A DNA stretch of 64,000 bases from Trichosphaerium sp. ATCC 40318 (GCA_038496445.1 JALMLS010000411.1:147906-211905); one strand, 5' to 3'; counted from the first letter of the stretch, positions 11,540 through 24,800 are shown. Numbers and translations: made by a program. The notes: a model not told the origin generated them from the letters alone.

Positions 11540-13663
11540 CGGGTAAGTTTAAAAATATGGTTTGTTCTCGCAGCGAAAAGGGTCCGAATTTACATTATCT
11601 GTACGTTCAATAAACAGAAAAAATTCATGTGAACCGACGTGGAGGTTCGATTTGGTGCCACGTAAGCGAAACTAGAGTACGGAGAGATTTTTAGACGAAG
11701 TAAAAACTGTGGTTTAATTGTGAGTTGTTACGTAACGCTTTACTGCATCACGTGGCTTGAAAAACTTCTGATTTTCGCGCATAAAACTCATTTTGCATTG
11801 AATATTGAGTCATTTCGTTAGTTTGTGAATCCTTTTTGATGAGGGCCGAAAAAGACTTTTTGAAACAACGTGCTAACCTTTTTTACAAATTGTTCCAAAT
11901 TTTTTTTTCTCGCAAAATTCAATAAAAACCCAAACAGAAACGCAAATTCACGTGCTTCACAAATTTTCGCTAGTTTATACTTTGACCTAATTTGCAGCTT
12001 AAAATTTGCGTGGCTTTGTCCAGGACGTCTTTATGATGTGGCATGAAAATTACGAGTTTCCTAGCAAGGCCAACAGTGCGAAATACAAAATTGCGAGCTA
12101 TAATTGCAAGGAGCTTCTTGTGTTTGTTGCTGTCGCAACACTCCTGAAAATCACAATACGCTTCAACTTCAGATAAAGTACTTCGTCTCAAGAAAGCATA
12201 GTTTCACTAGCTCGTTGTCAAGCTATTTTAGATGAAAAGGAAGGCATGTCTTTCAATAAAATGAGCTATTGTCGGAGGTTCACACCAGCAAGTGGTTCAT
12301 TTAACCAGCTCAAACTGAGGTCACGACAAAGCCTACAATTAATGTCATACTGGTTTTTTCGTGCAAACAGAACAAGTTAGATTCACGCGTTCTTGTTGAT
12401 CTACAATACCAGATTGGATAGACTACGTCTCACTCAGCTTCGATCCCCTGGATCACGTAGCCAGAGACCCTTCCATTTATTAAATTGGAGTTATCTCTTG
12501 TACACATACAACAAATTACATAAATCAATTGAAGCATTCAATATTCAATCCATTAACAAAAACTTTTGAATCGTAATCTGCCATTGTATAGAACTGCTAC
12601 TTGCTGATGTTGTTTTACGATACTAACGTATTTAAAGAACTACCTCTCACTTATCAAACGCCAGTAAAATACTTATTTATACTGTCATAAATGTACAGCA
12701 TCTGTACCAATAGTTTCTGCTTTTTTTCTTAATACGAACCCATTACGGGCTACTAAAACAGTTAAAGTTCTAACACTCTCATGAGTGTATTAGATCAAGA
12801 AGATTGTATGACTGTGAGAGTGTATATGTTAATAGGATCTCTTTCTTTCTTCTATCAACTAACCAAGGAACACTAACTATAAACGATGTTGGGGAAGAAA
12901 AAATGTCTTGTGGCGCTGCGATTGAAAAGGAAATTTTAGGGTGGGATGTGGGTGATTGCTGCTCCCCATGTTGTTTATACGCTTTGTAGGGCTGTTGCTG
13001 ATTTATACAAAGTCCACTGAAGTTTACCCAAACGTCTGTAGCGGAGTAAAACACGTGTACAGCCATGAGGTTTCACTGTTACTGTTTCATGGAACTGATT
13101 TTAGTAGGTATGCCAAAGCGTGTATGCTTCCTTACGCTAAAGTAGGATTGCAAATAATACACCACCAGCGAAGGTATTGTCAAGTCACGTCAAGTTAACG
13201 CTATTGCACGTGGTTTTTTTTTGTTGAGTAAGGAACAGTTACAGATTTATGTCAAACTCTGGTACAGGAACCATTTACGCCACACTCGTAACACGTTGTG
13301 CATGTTTACCAGGGTATCGGCTTGTTGAGAGCGGTTTGCATGACGCCTTTCCACGTGGTATAAAGTTACTATATTAAGAAAACCGTTAGCTTGACATGGC
13401 TTGACAATCGCTGCCCAGTAGCAGTGGAAAGAGTTCGACAATACGAAACGGCATTTTCTATATTTTTTTCATAAATGGTCAAACAATGATGTTTCATTAT
13501 TTCAGATTAATGCACTTAAAATCGCTAGGCTGCTTTACCACAAGTAGCATGTATCCGTTGTACATATTTTAAGTCGGAAAAATCCCTTGTTTATCAAAAG
13601 GGAAAGGTGTTAAAATTGAATAAAATTACTAAGTTCTAGTAAACTAGAAATTTATGTATTGTT

Positions 13664-14028
13664 TTATTTAGCATATTTTGCAAATGTCAAGTAAGTTTGT
13701 CCGTGGAATACTTCACTTATGAGCTTAAACCCTTGGTTTAAAAAGTATTCAATTAGCAGTGTCGGTAATACGAGCGAGTGCACAGTGCATTTAGCACCTT
13801 TTAGAACCAATTCACCGTCTGAAGTACTCCATTTTATCTTCTCTTTATTCTTTGTTCCTGATCTCTCTACTATCGCGTCGCGTAGTCCTTCACTATACTT
13901 CTTGACAGAGTTTGTACAGTGTATGGAACATGATTTAACCGTAATTGCTAGCACAAGTGGTGAGATAAACCGTACTTTCGAAAACAACTTTTGTGATTAC
14001 CTAAACGCATTCGAATTACTTCTGCCAT
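13664..14028 (-). CDS. Small hypothetical protein (~100 aa, one intron)
   Basis: ATG 14028 MAEVIRMRL; a phase-1 intron joins in frame to ORF 13664-13987. Confidence 0.6.
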
Positions 14029-15419
14029 CAGAGGTGTTGTTACGTGTATGTGTTGGTACTTGTTATGTTATTTTAAAATTAGATTAAGTCAATCCAACAA
14101 TCACGTGACTATAATTTTCACTCTGCTTTATAAACTACTGTACGTTACATGCTTTCTTGTTTTTCAGGTCTACCTAAAAAAGAAATATCTTGTGTGAACT
14201 GATGGCTTTTGGGTTACCCATTCAACATTACCCATATCAATCAACGCTTTCTATCGTAGCTAGAACTATTGAATTGATATTCTTTGACACTGCGCAACGC
14301 AGTTCTATTCATCAACGGTTTTTTGTCTTCGTTTTGCCAGTAAATACAGATTCAAAGCAACGTACGTACCTTCTAATACTGCCTGCTGTAGCCGTTTCGC
14401 CTGTAACACCACAGCTAATAGATGCTGATTTTACCTATAACAAGCGACACGTACTGACAACAGACAGGGAGCAGTAGTATATTACGTATGGTTTTGCTAT
14501 GGTTCCCTTAACAACCCAACTGAGCCTGTAGAGACGTTGTGATTATCTAAAATTCTTTTTGCAAAAAAAGCCAGTTTCTGCCCTATCTGACGGATTTGAC
14601 ACTTCTGACAGGTCTTTGCAAATATCATTTTTTAAATATGATAATGAATCCAACCGTTTCAACCCACGTGATTTAACAGACCTCTTGCAAAATTTTTATT
14701 TATATATTTGGACACCTGGCCGCGTTTATAAAACCTACAGTAACACTGGTGGTGTTTTGAGGAGGTTTTAACGGTTTTATTCCTGCCTTGCTGTTTGGAT
14801 GCTGCCATAGTGCTTTTGTGTGCGTGGGTAGGCGCTAGCGCTAGTAAGTTATACACGTACGTTTATTTTTTGAAGCATTACATACAGCAAACAGTGTTTG
14901 AGGCATTCATACCGTGTTTGGCGGTAGTGCTATATATTTGTAGTACATCGTACCATTTTTAATTCACTTTTAGCTCATTGAACACTTTTGTGGTATGTAA
15001 AATACTGCGATGGTTCTATTGAAAACTGACATTGACAAGTTGCTATCACTTAAGGTACGTAAGTCCTACTATGAAGGCAACAAAAATGTCAGATCTTGCT
15101 AGATCTGCTAAAAGCTCTAGACACTCACTTTCTAGAAATAAAACTTGAATGAGCCAGATAATAATTGGTAACATAACTGGCAAGTTGTGTTCCCTTCTTT
15201 TGCCATGCTTTTGAGATGACTAAAATATCATGAGATATTAATAGAGACAAAGCTTGGTGGATGCAGTTATGTCTACTTTCACATTATATCCTCATCAGTC
15301 CAATTCAACACCTCAACCAACAACAGAACCTACAATGCCAACAGCTCTATTCTTAGACTTTTTCGCCTTATTATTACACGTGCTTTGCCGTCACCATTTT
15401 TTTGGTACCGCGTTGCATT

Positions 15420-18400
15420 CTATTCTGATTCATTGGCATCATCAATAATAGATACTAAAGCCTTGAAGCTTGGTCTATCTGAAGGAAGAAATGCCCAACA
15501 TTTTTTCATCAAGGTTTTCCAGTGAGAATTAACTTGATCATCCAAGTCAGGTGTATGCCCTTCATCTCTTATACGTACTGCCAGATCTAAAAAATCTGTA
15601 ACTTTACCAAAAGGAGTTCTCTTATAAATTAGCTCCCACGTGAGCATTCCAAATGACCATACCTGCATGTATGAGTACTAGAGAGACTTATTTTGGAATA
15701 CGTACATCACTTTTAGGTTCATATACCAGTCTCATTGACTCAGGACTCATCCATCGTATTGGACCAACACTAGTCTTTGTTTTGTTCTCTGAACCTGACA
15801 TTGCAGATTTTCTAGAACATTATTAGTGGAAGAGAGGAAAATAACGAGGTCAGGCCGTACCTAGACATTCCAAAATCAGATATCTTCACTACATTGTCAC
15901 CAGATAGCTAACAAAACAATTGTAAGCCTTTAAACAACTAAGTAAACAGTACCAATATATTCCTGCAAGCTAGATCTCTAAAGGAGTAACGTTGTTAATG
16001 AGATGGAATGTTGTGTATTAGTACCTATGAATGATCCTATTTGCATGAAGAAAAGTCATTCCTGCTGCGATTGAACTCAAATACTGCTTAATTTCATCAA
16101 AAGTAAAATCAATCTTCTTCTTCTTATACATGTGCCTCAAAGTTCCATTACTCATAAATTCTAATACTAGCATTGGTTTTCCATCCGATAAACATATACC
16201 AATTGTTCCAACGATATTAGGATGAGGAGGAAGACTCATATTTACTTCAACCTAACAAAGTCAAAAAAAAGGTAAAACACAATGTACGCCTTAACCTCTC
16301 TCAAAAAATTCTGGTTTTCCTCAGGACCAAGACTAGATATTTTGACAGCAACATCTTTCCCTTTGTAAGTAGCTTTCATCACAGACCCAAAACTACCCTC
16401 ACCTGAAAGGTACGATAGAGTAAGCAAAAAAACAAGAAAGTTGTTTGTGTTGGTACCAAGTTTTTCACCAAATATTAAGTCTTCTTCTTTCACTAATGTA
16501 ACACTATCTGTAGCAATATCGTCGTAAACAACAGTCGATGAAACAGGCTCCAGCTTATTTAATACAGCACCTGCCTTTTGCACTTCTTTTTTTTTATGAA
16601 CACAAAAGAAATACCAAAGTCCAACACAAATCACAGCAAGGATTATCAATAGTACCGCAACGATAATAGCTATAAGCGCTATCAAAAGAAGTTAGTTGAG
16701 CCTATTTAGGTATTGTGTACCTGTGCTAGATGACTCAGGGCCTCCCGTAATGTTTGTGGTCGTGTTTGAAATTGGCTCTGTAGGTACAACAGTTGGAGGA
16801 AGTGTTGTAGGTGAAAGTGTTGTGGGTGAAAGTGTTGTGGGTGAAAGTGTTGTAGGTGGAAGTGTTGTTGGTATAAGAGGTATAACTTGCTGAAAACAGT
16901 TAGGATCAGGTTCGTATAGACACTCTGGATTATAGAATGTTTGGTTAGGTGCTTCGGGTATTTCAAAAGGAGCCAAATGCCAACTTGTTACACTTGAATC
17001 ATACACCATACAACTGGGTTTCCTTGACTCACAGATCTACAACCAATTATTATGCGACAACTGAAATAGATCTAACATACTTGCGCCATCTCCACACTTG
17101 CACAAGCGCCTCTATGGGGTGGAATATAGCTACTTACATCACAATACTCAATAGTAGCAGGTTCTCCTTCTTTGCAACCAAATGCAGGTGATCCAGGAAC
17201 TCTCTTTTCAACAACACAAGTTCCAGTTGCTCGGTCACAGTATGAGGGATTACAAATGTCTTCAGAGGTGCAAGTTTCGCTACAAATATTTACTGGAGCT
17301 GATTTACATCCCACATTATCATTGTAAAAGATTTCAGCTAAAGCAACTCAGTTGCAACCAAATTGTATATGACGCACATCCCATACTATAAGCAATAGGT
17401 GAAGGAATCAGGGCATCGGAATCACATAATGATGGAGAGAAACCTAACAATAAAAAGTTGGGAATTTGATTACTTTGGCGGGTGTACTTACAATGTACTT
17501 GTACAGACTCGGGTGAATTTACGAATATTTCATTTGGTCTATACGAACACCCTTCATCTGGACTGCGACATATATTTGAAGTACAAGGATTTGCATCATC
17601 ACATTTAACGTTATCACATGTACATTCTTGGTCGCAAGTACATTCTCCTTTGCACGTGTTGCCACACAAACTTCGTACTACTATCAAAGAAATAGGTTTA
17701 ATACATGTTGTATAGGCCAAGCTTAGTGTATAGAGTGTACCTTGGCATAGATTAGGAGAAATAGCCGGAAGAGCATTGGAAGAGAGGAAAATGCTGTTAG
17801 TAATGTTAACTTCGTTTGGTAGGTAATATAGATTTGTATCTGTTGATCCAATTGACACAGAGTGTATTGAAACTCCCTTTATAGTAATTAGCTGCGTTTC
17901 TTCTTTTTGTTTGTTTTTGCTACTTGTCACACATACCTCAGATTCGAGAGTACTAACAATGTTATCATTTGGATCAAATGCACCACATTTAGGGCCATGA
18001 TATTGATTGACAATTAGTACTTTGTTATTTCTCCCTGTTCTTCCATAATTATCAAAATGTTCACGTGCAAGTGAAAGACCTTAACGCAATATTGAAATTA
18101 GAGAATTTTCTTTGTATATAGAACAATGTATCATTAAACAAACTCACCCTTCGTTACATCATGACATCCACCAATGTCGTTGCGAATACGAATAATTTCA
18201 AGTTGTCGAAGAAAGTACGATTTGTCGTGGCTTCCCAGTGGTAGGACAACTTGAGCTGTGTCTCTATATAGAATAATACCAGTACGGTACCCATACTCAC
18301 CAAGCTTGAGTGGTGTTATAATATCAATAATGAACAGAAAGTATAAGTCCCAATTAAAGTGTATACAACAATCTTCAAATGAAGTTCTGTTGAAAGGACC

Positions 18401-19433
18401 AAACCCTTCACTACATTGGGACGCTTTGTTTGTAAAACATGAGCTTGTGATACACCTAAAGTAGTGGTCATACCTCCGACCTCACATGTTGCAGTATTCA
18501 ACGCATTTTCGGAAGCATCAATAACTATCACAAAATCAGAACCTTATTAATCATTTGAAGCTCACCGAATATCATGTCTGTTGTATCAACGCAAAGCACA
18601 TCTGTGCAATTTGTAAGAGTAATACTTTCGAATGGTAAATTTTGAGTATCATGAATGTCAATGATAACACCATCAGAGAAAACAACCCTAGCAGCTCTTT
18701 TGTAAAAAAATAAAACAACAATCAAACTGCGTTTTTGTACCTGACCGGCGTTCTCTTTCCTTCAACAAAATACAACTCTTGAACATCCATAAATGTGTGA
18801 GACAACCCCTGAGGAGGGCTCCTCCAATGTCGAGTCCTATATACACGTGTAAGAAACCACAAATGCGAACACATGTGTTTACGTATTTAATAGCTTGTAT
18901 TCCTGTGATTCATCAAAAGGATACTTTGTCCTATGTTTGATTATCACTCCATGTGTTTCTTCTCGATCTATCCAGAAAATAGGATCAAAGGGGTGTTCCA
19001 TTGTATCCAGCCTTTCGTTCATTACTCTCTTTTTGCACGTGTTTTCGCAGCCTGTTTTGCTTATCACTTGTTTCTTTGAATTGTTAACAAAGATATTAGG
19101 AGACATGTATTTTTCTCGGCTGTTACAAACAACACTTACTGAGGCTATGGACCAGGTGTCTACATAATGCTTTACCGCATCGTTTCTAGTGAAAAAGACC
19201 TCTACATTGTCTACTTCGTCGCCTACTGATACCTCGTAGCCGAATTCACCGTATTGTACAGGCTTTGCAGTAAGTTAAACTTTTTATCTTTAAACATTAC
19301 ATACAACGCTTGAAATATTGCCATACATCACTGAGGGCCTTCTGAATATCTCAACACCGGCGCCATTGATAAAAGTAATTATAGAGGTAATAATTAAGAG
19401 CAATAGCTTAGCCTGATCACAGCTGCAAACCAT
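15420..19433 (-). CDS. Receptor tyrosine kinase (signal peptide, large ectodomain with CDDANPCT-type Cys repeat, S/T/P stalk, TM, kinase)
   Basis: Signal peptide at 19433; TTLSP repeats; TM IALIAIIVAVLLIILAVICVGLWYFF; GEGSFG, VAVK, HRDLACRN, DFG, GPIRWMSPE, DVWSFG. Confidence 0.9.
16790..16870 (-). repeat. 15-bp tandem repeat encoding PTTL[SP] mucin-like stalk
   Basis: gtgaaagtgttgtgg units. Confidence 0.9.
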
Positions 19434-19717
19434 ATACGAATATACGTACAACTTTGCACGTGATTATATTTTTCACACGAATGAACACTTAAGTGTTCGC
19501 TGCTAAAATTTAAGGGACTAAATATTTCCACCTTGGGAAACACTTTTGCATAACTTCAAAAGCAAAGAGGAAAGAAAATTGTGGATTTCGCGATATTGCG
19601 TGATTGAACCGTTGGTTGCGTAGCACTGTTGAGTCACAATGAATTGCCTCCTTCTTAGCGACCAAGCAACGCTAGTACTCTTTAACACGTTACAAAAGTT
19701 GTTTTACCTTTTTTTGC

Positions 19718-20057
19718 AAAAAGTAATGCTTGTTTCTACACTGTAGAGAAGTCACTACTCAGGGGCACCTCGTTGTCACCTACAGGTGTGCAACGAACAC
19801 ATACTAGACTGATGTTACTAAACCGCCCTCGTACAACCAACCCGTGCTATACAAAGTTGTAAATGTCACGGATCAAACATTTACCGCGGAATTGCAATGC
19901 CAACATGCACCATCACACAGGATCCCCTGCCATCGGAATTAGGCTTTCGCACCGATAACAGATCCAACATGTTGCAAGATGACTCCCTTTAGCCTTGTTA
20001 GAAACTAGAATTTTACCATTATCTGATTTAGAGATCAAAGGTAGCAGCGATCGCTGC
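19718..20057 (-). ncRNA. Putative Pol III structured ncRNA, ~340 nt, family unidentified
   Basis: Many helices with G-U pairs on the minus strand, GC-GAAA-GC tetraloop, possible pseudoknot, no internal T4, terminal T5, upstream CCACAA (-62) and TATTTAAA (-31). Confidence 0.7.
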
Positions 20058-20080
20058 GGTTAGAAAAACAATTTTCAGAA

Positions 20081-20121
20081 TTTAAATACTCTGGATTCTA
20101 TCCCAAAATTAAATTGTGGTT
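20081..20121 (-). promoter_or_regulatory. DUSE-like element AACCACAA plus TATA box TATTTAAA (type-3-like snRNA promoter)
   Basis: Same spacing to the RNA 5' G as at 43187-43226. Confidence 0.6.
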
Positions 20122-20539
20122 TTTGTGGATTCTATAACAAAATCACAGTATAGTGTTTATGCGTGCCACGGCGATGGTTGTGAAATTCAGACCGCTACAA
20201 CTCTTTTAACGGTTTTGAATTTTTATGAAATTTCACAATTTTTTGCAATGAACCTTAACGAAAATCGCTAGCGACGTGTCTAATGGGAATGTGGCGCTAG
20301 TACAACTATTTTAGCACAGAAGGATCAGATCCAGTGGAAAACGAAAAAGGAATAAAAGTTGACCCTACCGAAACGGCGAACTTGAACGCTTTATTTACTC
20401 ACTACGTACGTCTACTTGAAAAATAGCGTCAAATGGCACATTGTATCTCTAAAAATAACTAAACTCGATATTCTCTTGTCTGACAAGTTTATTTAACAGT
20501 ACTACGCAATGTACAACTCAAAAACGAAGAAAGGTGATC

Positions 20540-22964
20540 CTACATGTAAGATGCAATCTTGGCCAGCAAAGTATTACCTTCCTCTACAAAATCAAGCTCC
20601 TTGTATCCAATAAGGTTGCATTTAACGATCTGTTCACCCTTGTACTCTTCTTCGCGTGCACGAAGTACAAGCTCGACGGGTTTAAGCGTAGCTCTTTCGA
20701 AAATATGATTATACTCGCTCTCAGGCATAGTACCAGCTGATTGGCTCTAAAGGTACGCGTAAACAATAACTACGAATGTTTTTCTCATTCTTTTTCTTGT
20801 ACCTCTTTGTAGCCTTCAACCTGGTCTGCAGGTAGACCTAGGATCTGGTTTCCTTCACGATCAAAGCATCCGAGCCATTTGTGACCTGTATGATCGGAAC
20901 AAAGAAGGGATAGGACATATCTACGCGCGTAAGTAAATTAAACAAGACTAAACTATAAAGCGACTAAACCTACCTCTTTTCGCATGTGTTGTATTGTTTA
21001 CCGCATCCACTGCAGTAAAATTGACCATTTGACTCTTCAACCTTTTTGTTGCACTTTTCAGAAGGGCAAGCATCATAGCATAGTTTGGCGTTATCTCCAT
21101 GCTTGATCTTAGTGACCATGCCTCTAACTTTGAAATAGTCTGCTTTGCCTACGCCAAGACCTTCGGCACTACAATACGTTAGACAAGTAACGTGTCGGCT
21201 ATTTTGCGTGCTCTACAGCGCTTAGTGGTTTTTCTTCAGTGTTTCTGTTGCTACTTCCGCCAGAAAAGCCGCCACTGCGTTGGGAGAGCGTAACAATAGA
21301 CGCCTCAAGTTGTGTTGCATCTAGAAGATAATTAGAATAAAAACCGCGTAAACAAAATCCTCTACGTGCCTGAACTATCCCACCACTGTCTAAGTGTTGC
21401 AGCCTCTGGTATGTTAGGATTGAATTCAATACGTGTAGATCCGATTGTTCCCAACGTTTTGCCTATCAAAGCGATCAGCAGCTAATAAGGAACACCCAAA
21501 AAACCTCCCTAACCTCTACAGCAACATACCATTAAAGTCTGATACTTTGGCCTCTTTTACAACCATCACATAGCCCACTTGACCCTCGAAATTCTCGGCA
21601 GCATCACGCCATATTGTGAGATCAATAGCTCTAAACACAACGCCGTTAGCTCTCAAGACTAACGCAATATTAACCAGGTAAACCAGTACCTGCTTGTTTG
21701 ATCTACAAGAGTAATTGCACGCTTAGAGAACTCTACAAAACCCAAGAATTAACGGCCAGAGAACAAAAGAAAGAAGTAACTAATTTAAATACCTTGTCCA
21801 CTCTTTTTACTCGTGATAGTATCAACATCTGAAACGGTTTTGATTATACCAATAACATCACAAAACTACAAAAAAGAAAGATTAACGTTGGATGCCAAAA
21901 AGGATCAAAAAAAAGCGCGTACCTCTCCTTCATTGATGTTTTGTACGCCCTCGATTGGTACGAAGGTGTAATTTTGTGTGGATGTGAGCTCTGCAGGGTT
22001 GACTGACGTATCAGCAGTAACTGTGGACTTGCTGTTAAGTGTGATTTCATATTCATGTTTTGATCGCTTGTATGCCATTCTTAATTTACCACCAGAAACA
22101 CAATACACCTATTAAACCAAACGTTAAAACAAAACCAAAACGGACTAAAAGCTAAGTAAATAAAAAACTCGCTACGCACGCCATCTTTTTGGAAAATGCT
22201 TCCCAATGTGTCGCATTCAGGCTCCCAGAGGTTAAGCCGGATCTCGCCTGATTTATCTGCAATATCAAGGTTCATTATTCTGCAATGCTTGCCGCTTTTT
22301 GCTGTAAATTCGCGTATTGCTCCTTTGTAAACGATTTTACCGCGAATCATCCTAAAACAAGTTGTTTGTACAAACAACAGATGAATTATCAATCATACCA
22401 ATTGTTCTGGAAGTTGTTCAGGCAAGAGATTGGATATACAGTCTGTCCGTCAGGACCAGGTGGCAAAGAATCATTTGAGTCATCCATCTGCATTTGGCCG
22501 CCCGTTTGTCCCTGAGCGCGTTCAATATTAGCAGGAGTACCAATAGCGCCGTCGGTTGGCCCACTGACATTCTCGCATTTGAGAATGATTACAATCCTGC
22601 GATAAAACATTTAGTTGCTGCTTTGTCGCGTTAGGGACGCGTACTTGTTACTGTGGACTTGATTACACATATATTCATTCAATCTGATCAAACCAAAGTT
22701 CTCAATGGATTTGTTCGTTACCAAAGAGTTTAATTGTGTAGTAAGCATAGCCTGTATGTAGTACTGAGAATCAGAGACGACCAACCTTTATCCGTTAGAA
22801 GAAAAACAATATGTTTTAACGTTTTACCTGTATCTCTCTGTAATTTGACTGCTGCTAGCCGGTTGAAGACGTTTTATATCAACAACTTGTAAAACAGGCT
22901 GATTTGCTTGCGTGCCGTTGTAAATTTGTTGTACTGAACCTACGGTAAGAAGTTCTTGAGCCAT
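20540..22964 (-). CDS. RPA1: Replication protein A 70 kDa subunit
   Basis: N-terminal OB fold (QPVLQVVDIKRL, RYRLVVSD), OB-A (IADKSGEIR), OB-B, zinc ribbon CYDACPSEKCNKKV...CSGC, DHTGHKWL. Confidence 0.96.
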
Positions 22965-23008
22965 TGTGTTTTAGGAGGTTTAATGAGTTTTTTATTCAGT
23001 TCCAGGTA

Positions 23009-23016
23009 TTTCCCGC
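23009..23016 (+). promoter_or_regulatory. E2F-type site TTTCCCGC in the RPA1/GINS1 bidirectional promoter
   Basis: Exact match to TTTSSCGC in the 96-bp gap between two S-phase genes. Confidence 0.7.
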
Positions 23017-23060
23017 CGAAATTCTTCAACTTTCTTCTTGCGAAAGAAACAAAGGCCACA

Positions 23061-24090
23061 ATGGCGCAACATAGAATATACAGCGATAAAGCATACAAGC
23101 TAGTGTTTGAATTCCGTAAAGCAAACCAATTTCTACCGCGTTATGATGTACTTGTTTGTTTAATCTTTTATCAGTACTGAGATATTCTGACACCCTGCAG
23201 GGTACCAAAATCAGCGATGTTGTTAACGAAACAAACAAAATGTATCAAAAGGCCGGAGCACTAATGATGCGACACCAAGAAGCGAAACAGTGCGTCAACG
23301 ATCAATTTGTAAACCCTTTCGCATTGTTAAACGTCAATAGATCAGGCATGGTTAGCAACTACACTGAGTGGATCAAAAACAACCCATCAGAAGGTAGCTC
23401 CAGTATTCTGTTGACAGAATGTATTGGCAAGAACAAGCGTTATGTCCTCGCTTATTTGTACGTCAAACAGGCAACGTTAGTTGCAAGTAATGTAGCTGTA
23501 GAATGGAACGTGTACAAAGGATAAAAAGAGTGAGATGGGAATTCGGCACGTTGTCTCCAGACAATGTAGAGAACATGTCTTCGCAAGAACAAAGATTCTT
23601 CAAAGGTTACAACAAGCACGTAGATTCTACAAATATCAAGCGCCTCACGTAGATCTAATCTTGTATCTAGACTACTGAGTGATTACATGGACAACATTGA
23701 TGATTTGGATCTCACAGCTGTACGTGAACCCTCAAGAAAGACTTTAAATTTTTTTAAACAACAACTTGTTTGTTGCCTTTTTGTAAAAGAGCTTCGCTCT
23801 GTTACGCAAGCTACAAGTCTCCAAGTCATTTTAAACTAACTTTTTTGTAGAACTTAACAGAACCGCCAACAGAACTATTTAAACGTGTATGTGTTATCAA
23901 GGATACTGAGGATATTGTGACGCAAACCGGCGAGCATCATCAATTTCTGCGTAGAGGTAATGGAGTTTTTTTAATTTTCATTTTTATTTGTTTTGATTGA
24001 TTTTTGTATAAAGGTGTTCAAATGAGTATTCCTCGCGTAGATGCTGAGCATTTGATAAAGCAGGGTATTGTCGAGGAAGTATACACATAA
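23061..24090 (+). CDS. GINS1: GINS complex subunit 1 (Psf1)
   Basis: LPRYD, KNKRYVLAYL, RWE, MSSQEQRFF, DLDLT..PP, DAEHLIKQGIVEE motifs across exons. Confidence 0.9.
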
Positions 24091-24338
24091 ATGAAGGCTA
24101 TACCATTGTGCTAACCGCACTTCTTTGTACAATAAATAATAACAAGCCCAGTTTATTCCGCGTAGCGTAAACTCCATTTAAAAAAAAAACCCAAAAAACG
24201 TGACAGATAGCACGTAATCCGCCCTGCGCTTTGGTTATTATTGTATCTCTGCCTTGCGTTCGTACATTATCCGACGTAGCAGTCAATCTATCTCTTTTTC
24301 TTAGAGAATTGAATTAAAACGCATGATTCAAACATTTC

Positions 24339-24800
24339 TAAGCGTAGATCAACCTCTCCAGGCTCCATGACGTAGCCTTCGAAGTGAACTCTTCTACAGT
24401 CAGGTGATAAGCATGTATGGATACCTAAGAATGTTATAAAGGTAGTTACAAGCGTATTTGATTATGTTACATTTTTGTCGGTCGTGTAAGGCTTCTGGTA
24501 GGCATCTTTCCGCGCAGCGATGTCTCTCTCGCCGATAGCGCATTTTCTAAAGCTGTCAGAAGCGAAATTGCGCTAATACGTACTGTTCGCTTTGAAACAA
24601 GGGCGGAACTGACGACAAGCATTATTACAAGGATAAAAAGCGCCCTCATGCTTTGCTACGTTTAGAATAGGAGAAGCGCCGTACGACTTAACCAAAAAGC
24701 GGTTGAAGCTACAATGATCAAGGGCAAGCCTCTAAACTTTTCACTAGCTTAGGAGGTATAATTCAGAAAAATGTAAAAAAGACGGCTGTCAGTTAAAAAA
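24339..24800 (-). CDS. Possible small spliced hypothetical protein
   Basis: GT-AG bounded exon-like segments (PCNNACRQFRPC...); start not resolved. Confidence 0.3.

Noticed and set aside
14190-14856. Short ORFs between the small gene and the kinase
   Set aside because: No coherent spliced model or recognisable motif; could be a decayed gene.
19865-19892. Group I intron P/Q-like GCGG...ATCCGTG
   Set aside because: No R/S (P7) elements and no host exon.
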